Shown piece by piece: positions 8,119-17,229 of a stretch of 33,099 nucleotides of DNA. Source of the DNA: a virus. Taxonomy: Duplodnaviria; Caudoviricetes. The notes under the pieces are model-generated. The model searched no databases. It saw only the letters and a list, made by a program, of their open reading frames with translations, and had not been told where the DNA came from. The stretch spans positions 1-33,099 of the IMG/VR virus record IMGVR_UViG_3300023218_000188; one strand, 5' to 3'. Within the stretch, counting starts at the first letter, position 1. Every line of letters starts with the position of its first letter. The translations under genes and the position numbers were made by a program.

Positions 8119-8892
8119 ATGCGGCACACGACGAGACGCAGCGAGCGGCAGGCCGGCCCGCCGGGGCGGCCAGCGATCATCGGCGACGGGCCGGACCGCG
8201 CCACCACGGACGGCGGCCGGACGGCCGGCGAGGACCTTCGTCTTTACTCCCGGGGCCGGGTCTGTCACACGGCGCAGGCAGGTAGTGCATACGGCCGGCC
8301 GGCGCGCAACGGACCTCCCGTGCTGGCGGGGGATGGGCCCACGCCCACCCCCGCCGGCGCGGTCCCTGAGCGCGGCGGCGCCCCGCGCCCGCGGGCCCGC
8401 CGCAGCGGCGAGACCGTGGCGGAGGTCGTGGCCCGGGCGGTGGCGGCGGCCGAGGATCGGCGCGAGCGGCTGGCCCGCGAGCTGGCCGGCGCCGACCTGG
8501 AGCGGCTGGCGGCCCTGCTGCTGGTGCACGAGCGGGCACCGAGATCCGCGGAAGTGGCCGCCCGGCTGCTGGCCGTGGGCCGGCTGCTGGCCGAGCTGGC
8601 CGCCTGGAGCCCGGGGCTGTACCTGGCCGCGTGCGAGCGGACGGGGCTTGGAGGCCAGGCCTGCGGGCGGCTGCGGCGCGGCTACGAGCGGTGGCGGGCG
8701 GCGGAGCTCGCCTACGAGGTCGACCGCGACCTCATCGACGACGCCCCGCGCCGGCTCACCGAGGCCGAGCAGCGGCGGCTGGTGCAGCTGCGCGGCCTGC
8801 GCGACAGCGAGCTGGCCGAGGCGCGCGAGGACCTGCTGCGCGCCGCCGACGACGCGGCCACGGCGGGCACGCACGTGGACGAGCTGGGCTAG
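8119..8892 (+). CDS. Hypothetical protein with DUF3102-like helical segment
   Basis: GGAG at 8108-11, start uncertain. LLAVGRLLAELAA...GLYLAACERTGLG...RLRRGYERW resembles DUF3102. Confidence 0.55.
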   Translation: MRHTTRRSERQAGPPGRPAIIGDGPDRATTDGGRTAGEDLRLYSRGRVCHTAQAGSAYGRPARNGPPVLAGDGPTPTPAGAVPERGGAPRPRARRSGETVAEVVARAVAAAEDRRERLARELAGADLERLAALLLVHERAPRSAEVAARLLAVGRLLAELAAWSPGLYLAACERTGLGGQACGRLRRGYERWRAAELAYEVDRDLIDDAPRRLTEAEQRRLVQLRGLRDSELAEAREDLLRAADDAATAGTHVDELG

Positions 8893-8895
8893 GCC

Positions 8896-9807
8896 ATGGG
8901 CGAGCGCCAGCACACGGCGAGCTTCGAGGATCAGCCGCTGACGGCGCACAGCGCCGAGCGGCTGAGCGTCGAGATCCAGGCCCAGATGCGGGCGGGCGAC
9001 GAGGCCGGCTTCCGGGCCAGGCTGCGGCTCGGGCGGCTGGCCGAGGCCTGCTGCCGGGCCTACGGCTGGAGCCAGCGGCAGGCGGGCGAGCGGCTGACGT
9101 GCCACCGGCTGGTGCTGGGCCGCTGCCGCCGGCTGGCGGTGGCGCTGGCCGGCGAGGACGGCGAGCTGGACGAGGCGGCAATCGACGCCCTGCGCGGCCC
9201 CGACGGCGGCCTGCCGAGCCTGCGGGCGATCGAGGCCAGGCTGGGGCTGCTGGCCGGGGAGGGCGCCCGACGCGGCGACGACGGCCCGCCAGCACCAGCC
9301 GGTGATTGGCCCCGGCTGGCGATAACGGCCGGGCAGGATGTTCGGGTGCCGCGCACCGGTCAGGGTGGACACCGTCGTGACCAGATTCTCGGACCTGACC
9401 CCGTGCAGCGTGGCGTGAGAGCCAGTGGCGACCGGGTATCTCCTGACGACGCCACGGCTGTGCGGTCCGATCGCATCCGGGAATACCCGGGCTTGGCGGA
9501 TCGGAGCGTTCGTGCGAACGAGGACCGTACGGGCCACACGCGACACGCGGCGGGCGAGCCGAGCGGCGAGCAGCTGACGCTGGTGGCCGCGTACGAGGCG
9601 GCCTGGGCCGAGCGCGATCGCGCGATCGCGGCCATCGACGCCCTGGCCGGCTGGGCGGGCGTGGACGCCGCCCGCCTGGCCGAAGCGCGCGAGCTGGTGC
9701 GCGAGGGGTTCGAGCTGCTGGGCTCCCTGGCACCGCGGCCTTGGCGGGACGCCACGACGACCGCAGGCGGCGCCGCCGCCGACAGGACCGCGGCCACCGC
9801 GGGCTGA
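8896..9807 (+). CDS. Hypothetical protein, possible DUF3102-like/HTH segment
   Basis: RLRLGRLAEACCRAYGWSQRQAGERL...RCRRLA; low-complexity linker; followed by a terminator. Confidence 0.6.
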   Translation: MGERQHTASFEDQPLTAHSAERLSVEIQAQMRAGDEAGFRARLRLGRLAEACCRAYGWSQRQAGERLTCHRLVLGRCRRLAVALAGEDGELDEAAIDALRGPDGGLPSLRAIEARLGLLAGEGARRGDDGPPAPAGDWPRLAITAGQDVRVPRTGQGGHRRDQILGPDPVQRGVRASGDRVSPDDATAVRSDRIREYPGLADRSVRANEDRTGHTRHAAGEPSGEQLTLVAAYEAAWAERDRAIAAIDALAGWAGVDAARLAEARELVREGFELLGSLAPRPWRDATTTAGGAAADRTAATAG

Positions 9808-9810
9808 GCG

Positions 9811-9843
9811 CCGCCCGCCGCGCTGGCGCGCGGCGGGCGGTTT
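9811..9843 (+). terminator. GC-rich hairpin, probable terminator
   Basis: Perfect 13-bp stem CCGCCCGCCGCGC-tggc-GCGCGGCGGGCGG followed by TTT, 3 bp after the stop. Confidence 0.7.
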
Positions 9844-10089
9844 GCCACGCGGCGGCGCCGCCGTGGCGCCGGGCGCGGCGGGGACCGAGCGCGGTTCGGC
9901 CGCGGGGAGGCGAGCGACGGACAGGACTGCGAGCATCACGACCACGCCCAAAGCCAAGCGCCTGGCGCGCGCGGCGGCAACGCCCGAGATGAGAACCTAC
10001 GGGCCCGATGACGTAAGTGATGTTGCTGCGGGATCTTACGTGTCACGACGAGGCGGGGTGTGCTCGAATATGTGCTCGTGGGGTGTGGC

Positions 10090-12840
10090 GTGGCACAGGT
10101 AGATCAGGCGGACATCGACCGCGTGCTCGCGGCGGTCAGCGTGTCGGCGGTCGTGCGGTCGGCGGGTGTGGAGTTGGCGCCCAAGGGCCGAGAGCTGGTG
10201 GGGCTGTGCCCATTCCATTCCGACCGCGAGCCGAGCTTGCGGGTGAACGACTCCAAGGGGCTGTACAAGTGCTTCGCGTGTGGTGCGGGCGGCGATGCGA
10301 TCGCGTTCATCCGCGACGCGCATGGGCTGGGCTTCCGCGCCGCGCTCGCGCGCGTCGCCGAGCTGGCCGGCGTGATGCTGCCGGAGCTGCACGGCCGAGA
10401 GCCTACCCCGGAGGAGCTCGAGCGCATCGAGGACCACCGCCGGCGTGCTACCGAAGAGATGGAGCGCCGCCGCGGCCAGGAGCAGGCCGACCTGCTGCGT
10501 CGGCAGACGCAGGCGCGGCGGATATGGACCGTCGCGCGTAAGTCCGAACGCGGTGGTCTGGTCGATCGCTATTTCGCCGGCCGCGGTATCGACGTGGAGA
10601 CCCTGTGGCCTCATGGCCCGCCCGAGAGCCTGCGTGAGCACGCCGGGCGCGAGGCGGCGGTCGTGGCCCGGCTGCTCGACGATCGCGGCCAGGGCTGCGG
10701 CGTGCACCGCATCCGGGTCGCCGTCGATGGCGATCGCGTGCGCAAGGCTCCGGGGCCGAAGCTCACGCGCGGCGCTATCGGCGTGTCACGACTAGCCGAG
10801 CCGGCCGACGAGCTGGTGCTCACCGAGGGCATCGAGACGGCCGCGGCCGTGCAGGCCGCGACGGGCGTGCCGGCCTGGGCTGCGCTGAGCACCAGCGGGC
10901 TCATTAGATTCGAGCTGCCCGAGGAGCTGGGCGCGCTGTCCCGTGTAATCATCGCCGCCGATCGAGATAGGAGCCTGGCGGGCATGGTGTCAGCGCGGAG
11001 GCTGGCGCGCAGGCTGGCGCGTCAGCTGCCGCGGTGCTCGGTGGTCATCGCGCAGCCGCAGGCCGAGCACGCGCCCGATCTCTTCGACGGGCGCGGCGAG
11101 CCGCGCGGCAAAGGCGTGGACTGGCTGGACGTGCTGGTCGCGCACGGGTCGGCGGCCGTGCGTCGTGGCATCGAGGCCGGCCAGCGGCTCATCTCGGTCG
11201 ATGAGGAGGGCCTGCCCGAGGGCGAGTCGCGCCTCTTCGAGGCCGAGGATTACGTGGCGATGGCCCGGCAGGTGCTGCTGGACTTATATTCGACGCGCGA
11301 TCGCCGCAACGGTCGGTGGCTGGTCTGCGAGGACGCGGGGAGGTGGTACGTGCGGCCCGAGGGCCGTCTCGACTGGATGGAGGTGCGCAAGGAGCGCGTC
11401 GCGCGGCAAGTCTGGCAGCAGCTGCGGCGCTACGAGGTCGCCACCAAGCGCGAGGTGCATCGCGTGCGGCCCACGCACCGCAGCGTCGAGGGCGTGATGC
11501 AGGCGATGGCGGTGGACTGCGGCGCTTACGTCGACGAGCGGCCGTGCTGGCTGTCGGCGAGCTTCGACGAGCGCGGCGAGCCTATCTGGGGCGCAGCGCT
11601 GCATGATTATGCCGCAGCTGATGCCCCGGTGCACCCGCACTACGCTATCGCGACCGCCAGCGGTATATTCGACGCGATCGCGTGGGCGCGCGGCACCGTG
11701 CGCACGGTCCCGCTGACCGATCGGTGGTTCGGACTCGGCGTCCTGCCGCACACGCTCGACCTGGCGGCACTGGCCGACGCCATCGACGACGATGCGCGCG
11801 ACGAGGGCGTCGAGGGGGCAGAGCTATTCGGCTCCTCGTGCCCGCGATGGCTCGAGTTCCTCGGCCAGATCAGTCAGGATGATGAGCGCTGGATGGACGG
11901 GCTGCAAGAGTGGTTCGGTCTGCTGCTGACCGCGGACACGAGCTACGAGCGGATCGGGCTGATGACCGGCCCAACGCGCTCGGGCAAAGGCGTGGTGCAG
12001 ACCGCGCTGCGATCGATGCTCGGCGCTGGGCACGTGTGCAGCAGCACGTTCCAGGAGCTCGCTAGTCGGTGGACGATGCTGTACCTGAGTCAGCACCCTG
12101 TGTGCATTATGCCCGACGCAAGCGTAGGAAAGTACACAGACTCGGTTATGTGCGCGGAGCGGCTCAAGTCCATCAGCGGCCAGGATCCTGTAGCAATCGA
12201 GATGCATGGGCGTGGCTTCACCGATGTGCGAATCCTCCGGACGCGCATATTTATCTTTGTGAACGAGCTGCCAAAGTTGCCCGACAACGCCGGCGCTATC
12301 GCCGCGCGTTTACTCAACTGGCCGACCACGATCAGCTACGAGGGCCGCGAAGATCGCCGTCTCAAGCCGCGTATCGCGGCCGAGGGTGCCGGCATACTCA
12401 TGTGGGCGCTCTTCGGCTTGCGGCGACTCATGCATCGAGGAGAGTTTACAGAGTGCGAGCGAGGCCGCGCGGTAATCGACGAGATGCGCGCTCTCAACTC
12501 GCCAGTCTACCACTACGTGGCGGAGGAGTGTGTGCAGGGCGCCGGCCATGCAGTCAGCTGCGAGGCCATGTACCAGGCGTACACCGCGTGGTGTGAGCGC
12601 GAGGGACACTCCGCTATGAGCCAGGCGAGGTTCGGGGCGGCCCTGGCCGTCGCGGCCAAGAGCAGGCAGCGCGTGCGTGCCCAGCTGCCCAGAGCTGGTA
12701 GACGCGCATGGTGCTATGAGGGCATACGTCCGCTCGTCGAAGGCGAGATCGCCGGCGATGCGCAGCCGCGACTGGTCGAGACCGCCGAGGAGCTCACGCC
12801 CTACCTGCCTGACTCCCCGGCCCCTGATAGGCTGTATTAG
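10090..12840 (+). CDS. Primase-helicase (CHC2 zinc finger + Toprim + D5/P4-type SF3 helicase)
   Basis: GLCPFHSDREPS...YKCFACG; EGIETA...IIAADRD; Walker A GPTRSGKG; FVNELPK. Start is GTG 10090 or 10060. Confidence 0.92.
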   Translation: MAQVDQADIDRVLAAVSVSAVVRSAGVELAPKGRELVGLCPFHSDREPSLRVNDSKGLYKCFACGAGGDAIAFIRDAHGLGFRAALARVAELAGVMLPELHGREPTPEELERIEDHRRRATEEMERRRGQEQADLLRRQTQARRIWTVARKSERGGLVDRYFAGRGIDVETLWPHGPPESLREHAGREAAVVARLLDDRGQGCGVHRIRVAVDGDRVRKAPGPKLTRGAIGVSRLAEPADELVLTEGIETAAAVQAATGVPAWAALSTSGLIRFELPEELGALSRVIIAADRDRSLAGMVSARRLARRLARQLPRCSVVIAQPQAEHAPDLFDGRGEPRGKGVDWLDVLVAHGSAAVRRGIEAGQRLISVDEEGLPEGESRLFEAEDYVAMARQVLLDLYSTRDRRNGRWLVCEDAGRWYVRPEGRLDWMEVRKERVARQVWQQLRRYEVATKREVHRVRPTHRSVEGVMQAMAVDCGAYVDERPCWLSASFDERGEPIWGAALHDYAAADAPVHPHYAIATASGIFDAIAWARGTVRTVPLTDRWFGLGVLPHTLDLAALADAIDDDARDEGVEGAELFGSSCPRWLEFLGQISQDDERWMDGLQEWFGLLLTADTSYERIGLMTGPTRSGKGVVQTALRSMLGAGHVCSSTFQELASRWTMLYLSQHPVCIMPDASVGKYTDSVMCAERLKSISGQDPVAIEMHGRGFTDVRILRTRIFIFVNELPKLPDNAGAIAARLLNWPTTISYEGREDRRLKPRIAAEGAGILMWALFGLRRLMHRGEFTECERGRAVIDEMRALNSPVYHYVAEECVQGAGHAVSCEAMYQAYTAWCEREGHSAMSQARFGAALAVAAKSRQRVRAQLPRAGRRAWCYEGIRPLVEGEIAGDAQPRLVETAEELTPYLPDSPAPDRLY

Positions 12841-13400
12841 CCGCATGTAGTCGCTGCTGATACCACCCCCCCTAGTCGGGTCCTGTAGGTCATACCCGCA
12901 GAATCGAAGGGTCCTTTTTGTCGCATTTCTTGGGCGGGAAGGGGCGTGTGGTGTTGATTGTCGGGGCCCATTCGGGTTTGGCTCGGTGGTCCTGACTGTA
13001 TAGACGGTACGTGTTTGGTGTTGCCGGCCTTCGACGCGGTGCGTTGGGGGCCGGCTTTTCGCGCGCCGATGCTGCGCGGGGGTGTGTGTGGGACTGGCTG
13101 GCGGCGGGTCGGCGGTCGGCCGGCCGCCAGCGTGGCCGGCTGGACCGGGCCCGTCCTGGTGCTGGCCGGAGGCTGTACTGGGGTCGGGGGGTCTGTGTCC
13201 TAGAGCGCCCGGCTGGTTGGGGCTCTCTTGCGCCCGTTTTCAAACCCAGCGTTTCAAGTTCACCCTGCGCACGCGCTCTATGCGCTGGGCGCACTAGGAC
13301 AGATGCTACTTGTTAGCGTGACGATTGGTGTTGGTCGGCTGCGTCCGGTGTGCGTACGGTGTGCCTGAGTGACGTGGCGCTACACCCCGTGTAGCGTCGG
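12841..13400. other. Probable replication origin / non-coding region
   Basis: G/T-skewed, non-coding-looking DNA directly after the primase; repeated GTCCT; 18-bp imperfect inverted repeat at 13196-13213 / 13284-13301. Confidence 0.5.
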
Positions 13401-13491
13401 GTGCGAGGGGCGCGGATGTGCCCGTCGTGTCTGGCTTGATGCGGCGCGGCCGGGCGCCTAGAACTGTGCGCTCGGCTGCAGGTGGCCGCCC

Positions 13492-14145
13492 GTGGAGGCG
13501 GCCGCTGTGACGTATACTGGTGTCGCTCATAGCTGTGGTCGCGGTGGTGGCGGCCGAGCGCTAGGCCCGGGCGGCCGGGAGGGCGCACGGTCGGCGGCGG
13601 CGCTGGCGGCGGTGCTGGCGGCGGCCGGCGCGGGCGCCTGGTCGCCGGCGGCGGCTCGGCGGGCGCGTGCCGTGGCGGGCGCCGCCGCCGGCGCGCCATG
13701 GCGTGCGCCGCGGCGGGCGCGGGCCGCGTGCGCGAACCTGCGCGTGCGCATGCAGCCGCTGGCGCCGCCGGCCGAGCTGGAGGCGACCACCGACCCTTGC
13801 GACCGCGCGCACCGCGCGGCCGGGCCCGACGGCCGCCTGCTTCCGGCGACGCAGGTGCGCGGCGCCAGCCGGCCGCGCGAGTACCACCGCCAGTACATGG
13901 TTGGGCCGGCGGGCGCGCGCGTGAGCGTGGAGACCGTGTACGAGCGCACGCTGCGCGCCCAGGCGGAGCTGGGCCTGAGCGGCGAGGCGAACGCCGCCAG
14001 CGCGGTTGCCCGGAGCCTGGACGCGCTAGGCGCCGCGGCCCGCACGGTGGCCCGCGGCGCGCCCGTGCGCTGCGCCATGACCGAGGACGAGCTGCGGCTG
14101 GAGCGCGCCGCCGACCGACTGCTGGCGGGGGAGTGTCCACGATGA
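13492..14145 (+). CDS. Hypothetical protein (start uncertain, possibly ATG 13750)
   Basis: C-terminal half has normal codon usage and its stop overlaps the next ATG (ATGA). Confidence 0.5.
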   Translation: MEAAAVTYTGVAHSCGRGGGGRALGPGGREGARSAAALAAVLAAAGAGAWSPAAARRARAVAGAAAGAPWRAPRRARAACANLRVRMQPLAPPAELEATTDPCDRAHRAAGPDGRLLPATQVRGASRPREYHRQYMVGPAGARVSVETVYERTLRAQAELGLSGEANAASAVARSLDALGAAARTVARGAPVRCAMTEDELRLERAADRLLAGECPR

Positions 14146-15065
14146 CGGCGATCGAGTGGACCGACGCGACGTGGAACCCGGTCGTCGGCTGCACGCCGGT
14201 CAGCCCCGGCTGCCTGAACTGCTATGCGGCGACGATGGCCAACAGGTTGCGCGCCATGCCGGCGGGCCGCGCGTACCACGACCGCGGCGGCGTGCGCATC
14301 GCGGAGGTGCGCGCCGGCCGCGCGGTGTACACCGGCGACGTGCGGACCGTGGCCGGCAAGCTCGACGAGCCGCTGCGCTGGCGTGCGCCGCGCCGCGTCT
14401 TCGTGTGCTCGATGGCCGACCTCTTCCACGAGAACGTCTCTTATGAGACGATCGACCGCGTGTTCGCGGTGATGGCGATGTGCCCCGAGCATACGTTCCA
14501 AGTAATAACCAAGCGGCCGGAGAGGATGGCCGCGTACACGCGCGATCGGGCCGCTGCGCGCGGCGCGATCTGGGACGCCGCCCGCGACATCATGCCCACC
14601 GCCGAGCTGCACCTGCGCGCACTTAGGCCGTGGCCGTACGACAACGTGTGGCTGGGGACGAGCGTGGAGGACCAGGCCGCGGCCGACCAGCGCGTGCCCG
14701 CGCTGCTGGGCTGCGTGGCGGCGCTGCGGTTCTTGTCGTGCGAGCCGCTGCTGGGGCCGGTGGACCTCACCATGGCCGACGACGGGTGGTGCCAGCCCGA
14801 TGGCATCGGCTGGGTGATCATCGGCGGCGAGAGCGGTCCGAGGGCGCGCGCGTGCGATATGGCCTGGATTGAGGGCCTGGCCGGCCAGTGCGAGCTGTCT
14901 GGTGTCGCCTGCTTTGTCAAGCAGATCGGATCGGCGCCCACTGTCGATGGTCAAGCGGTGGCGCTGGACGACCGGCACGGCCGAGACATGTGCGAGTGGC
15001 CAGCCGGCCTGCGCGTGCGCGCGTGGCCGGAAGCGATGGATCGCCAACCGAAGGAGACCGTGTGA
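14142..15065 (+). CDS. Phage Gp37Gp68 (DUF5131) family protein
   Basis: TAIEWTDATWNPVVGCTPVSPGCLNCYA, FVCSMADLFHE, RFLSCEPLLG, WVIIGGESG, FVKQIG. Confidence 0.93.
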   Translation: MTAIEWTDATWNPVVGCTPVSPGCLNCYAATMANRLRAMPAGRAYHDRGGVRIAEVRAGRAVYTGDVRTVAGKLDEPLRWRAPRRVFVCSMADLFHENVSYETIDRVFAVMAMCPEHTFQVITKRPERMAAYTRDRAAARGAIWDAARDIMPTAELHLRALRPWPYDNVWLGTSVEDQAAADQRVPALLGCVAALRFLSCEPLLGPVDLTMADDGWCQPDGIGWVIIGGESGPRARACDMAWIEGLAGQCELSGVACFVKQIGSAPTVDGQAVALDDRHGRDMCEWPAGLRVRAWPEAMDRQPKETV

Positions 15066-16087
15066 ACACGCAGCAGCCCCTCATCTACTGGCAGCACGCC
15101 GGCGACGGCATCCCCGATTACGGCGACGCGAGCGACATCATCGGCGCCGGCGTCAGCACCTCGGTGGTATTTACGACGCACCATGGGATTTCCGAGGCTT
15201 TCAACCGCTGGCCGAGGATGTACGAGTCGCAGGCGGACTATCCGTGGGCGCCAGCGGAAAGTAGCGAGCACATGCGGCTACTCGCCAAGGTGGCCACGGC
15301 CCACGTCGACCAAGCAAGGCTAAGGATCGCCACTGGCGAGAGCCTCCGGCGCATGTTCTACGACTACGAGGGCGGGTACACCTACAAGTGGACGCAAAAG
15401 CTCAGTCACCCGCACGCGACCGCGAAGATCGGCAGGACCAGCATCGCCGATCCCGTCATGATCTCACGCGAGCTGGGGGAGCGCGAGCACGACGCCGCCA
15501 TGGGCGCGATCGCCTCCAAGCTGCGCACGTCGGCGCTCGCCGCGGGCGTGCGCGCCTCCTTCTATCATCCGATCCGCTTGCTCAACATGGTGGAGGTGCG
15601 AGACCTGGTGCGCGGCGAGCGTTCTGGGAAAATCTATTCTTTTTCGGCCGCGCGCACCGGCCTCCTGTCGAAGGAGGACGACCCCAGTGTGCTGCTCGAC
15701 CGCCGCATCCTCGACGACGCGCTGTGGATCCACGCGTATGACGACCCCAAGGTCATGGCCCGCATGGGCCTGACCTACCGCGACACCTTCTGGCACCAGA
15801 CCATGTACCAGCTCTGGGCGTACGAGCTGGTCACTGGCAGGATTCCCGATGAGGCCTACATCTGCCGTTGGGCCGAGGACGTGTCGGTCATCGAGGACGC
15901 GGCCTTGGCCTACGCCAGCCTGCTGCCAGACTTCGCCGAGCGTAACTCGGTCGTCCCCGCTCTCTACATCGCCACGCCCGAGCGTGCGATCCCTCAGAGT
16001 GAGGCCCGCGAGGCGATCAAGCGAGCCGCCGATATCATCGGCTCGGCCCATCAGCCGCGCAACAACCAACAGTCCCGAGGCAACTAA
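15062..16087 (+). CDS. Hypothetical aromatic-rich protein
   Basis: AAGGAG RBS, GTGA overlap; globular composition; no family recognised. Confidence 0.75.
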   Translation: MNTQQPLIYWQHAGDGIPDYGDASDIIGAGVSTSVVFTTHHGISEAFNRWPRMYESQADYPWAPAESSEHMRLLAKVATAHVDQARLRIATGESLRRMFYDYEGGYTYKWTQKLSHPHATAKIGRTSIADPVMISRELGEREHDAAMGAIASKLRTSALAAGVRASFYHPIRLLNMVEVRDLVRGERSGKIYSFSAARTGLLSKEDDPSVLLDRRILDDALWIHAYDDPKVMARMGLTYRDTFWHQTMYQLWAYELVTGRIPDEAYICRWAEDVSVIEDAALAYASLLPDFAERNSVVPALYIATPERAIPQSEAREAIKRAADIIGSAHQPRNNQQSRGN

Positions 16088-16090
16088 ACG

Positions 16091-16903
16091 ATGTCTAACG
16101 TGTCAGGCGACTGGAGAGATGTCATTGAAGGCCGGGAGCAGGCGGCGGTCGTCTGCGGCGATTGCCTGGACGTGTTGGCTGACATGCCAGACGCCTCCAT
16201 CGGCGGCATAATCACCGATCCGCCGTATGGAGTATCCGTTGCGGGTTCCGTGCATGGTGGCTCGCACGGGTCAAGGAATCTTGACTTCTCAGAGTGTGAT
16301 AGAGACTGGAATCAGTGCATCAAAGTGATGAGTGATGCTGCCCGCCACTGCGTTCGGATCGCCGACGTCCGTGCGAGCATGTATTGGTGGTGTGGCCATC
16401 GACAGCTCGGACACCTGGCAGGACAACTCGAATCCGCTGGCTGGAGTACGAGGTTCCTGGTGTGGGAGAAAGCCTGCCCCGCGCCTGCGCCACCATGGGC
16501 CGGCTGGCCATCAGGCGCGGAACTGTGCTTATACGCTTACCGCGCCGGACGAAAGTGGGGCATCGCGCCACGGAATATGCCACGAAACAACATCATCGTG
16601 GCTGATAGCTACCGCCAAGGCCAGCCTGGCAAGGTCGATCACCCAACACAGAAGCCGCCGCAGACTGTCCGGTTGCCGCTGGAGGCAAGCACGTTTATTG
16701 GAGACGTTGTGCTCGACGCGTTCTGCGGGAGCGGTACGACAGGCGTAGTGTGTGCGCAGGAAGGCCGCCGGTTCATCGGCATTGAGATTGACCCAGGATA
16801 TGCGGAGATCGCCCGTTCGCGAATCTCGGCGGAATTGGCGCAGCAGAAACTTTACGCTGGGCACGTGGCCAGCACCAACGACGCAAGCCAGGAGAGCAAC
16901 TGA
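16091..16903 (+). CDS. DNA N6-adenine/N4-cytosine methyltransferase (beta class)
   Basis: GDCL, TDPPYG (motif IV), HPTQKP, VLDAFCGSGTT (motif I), FIGIEID. Confidence 0.95.
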   Translation: MSNVSGDWRDVIEGREQAAVVCGDCLDVLADMPDASIGGIITDPPYGVSVAGSVHGGSHGSRNLDFSECDRDWNQCIKVMSDAARHCVRIADVRASMYWWCGHRQLGHLAGQLESAGWSTRFLVWEKACPAPAPPWAGWPSGAELCLYAYRAGRKWGIAPRNMPRNNIIVADSYRQGQPGKVDHPTQKPPQTVRLPLEASTFIGDVVLDAFCGSGTTGVVCAQEGRRFIGIEIDPGYAEIARSRISAELAQQKLYAGHVASTNDASQESN

Positions 16904-17226
16904 TGGCCGAGGTACCCCCGCGTTTCCGCCGCTTCCTGAACGAGGTCGCGCGACCCGCTGCCGAATCGCTAACCCTGCTGAAGGCCCAGTACGACATGAG
17001 CGTCGCCTCTGCAACAATCAGCGACTTCGAGGACCTGCTCTCTGTTCTGCCAGACGACGAGGTGCTTGACGACGGCCGCGCGGGCGAGGGCGTGGCCCAG
17101 TTGACCAAGGCCGAGGCGCTGGCCGCGCTCAATCTCATCGGCCAGCTCAACACGGCCGTTAACGGCGATCCGGCAGGCCTCACTTCGCTCGCAAAACTGC
17201 GTGTGCGCCCGTTGAGCGTGGGCTGA
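16903..17226 (+). CDS. Hypothetical helical protein
   Basis: GGAG RBS, TGATG coupling to the methyltransferase. Confidence 0.7.
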   Translation: MAEVPPRFRRFLNEVARPAAESLTLLKAQYDMSVASATISDFEDLLSVLPDDEVLDDGRAGEGVAQLTKAEALAALNLIGQLNTAVNGDPAGLTSLAKLRVRPLSVG

Positions 17227-17229
17227 AAC

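Noticed and set aside
10011-10041. Palindrome as a dif site for XerCD-mediated integration
   Set aside because: The spacing does not fit the 11-6-11 dif architecture.
9842-10102. 86-aa ORF before the primase
   Set aside because: Starts in the terminator tail, has no RBS and atypical composition; the region looks regulatory.
13236-13290. GTTTCAA, the reverse complement of the TTGAAAC end of CRISPR repeats; possible solitary repeat
   Set aside because: The remainder does not resemble a CRISPR repeat and there is no array; better explained as part of the origin.
13513-13518. TATACT as a -10 element
   Set aside because: No convincing -35 or correctly placed TG extension, so left uncalled.
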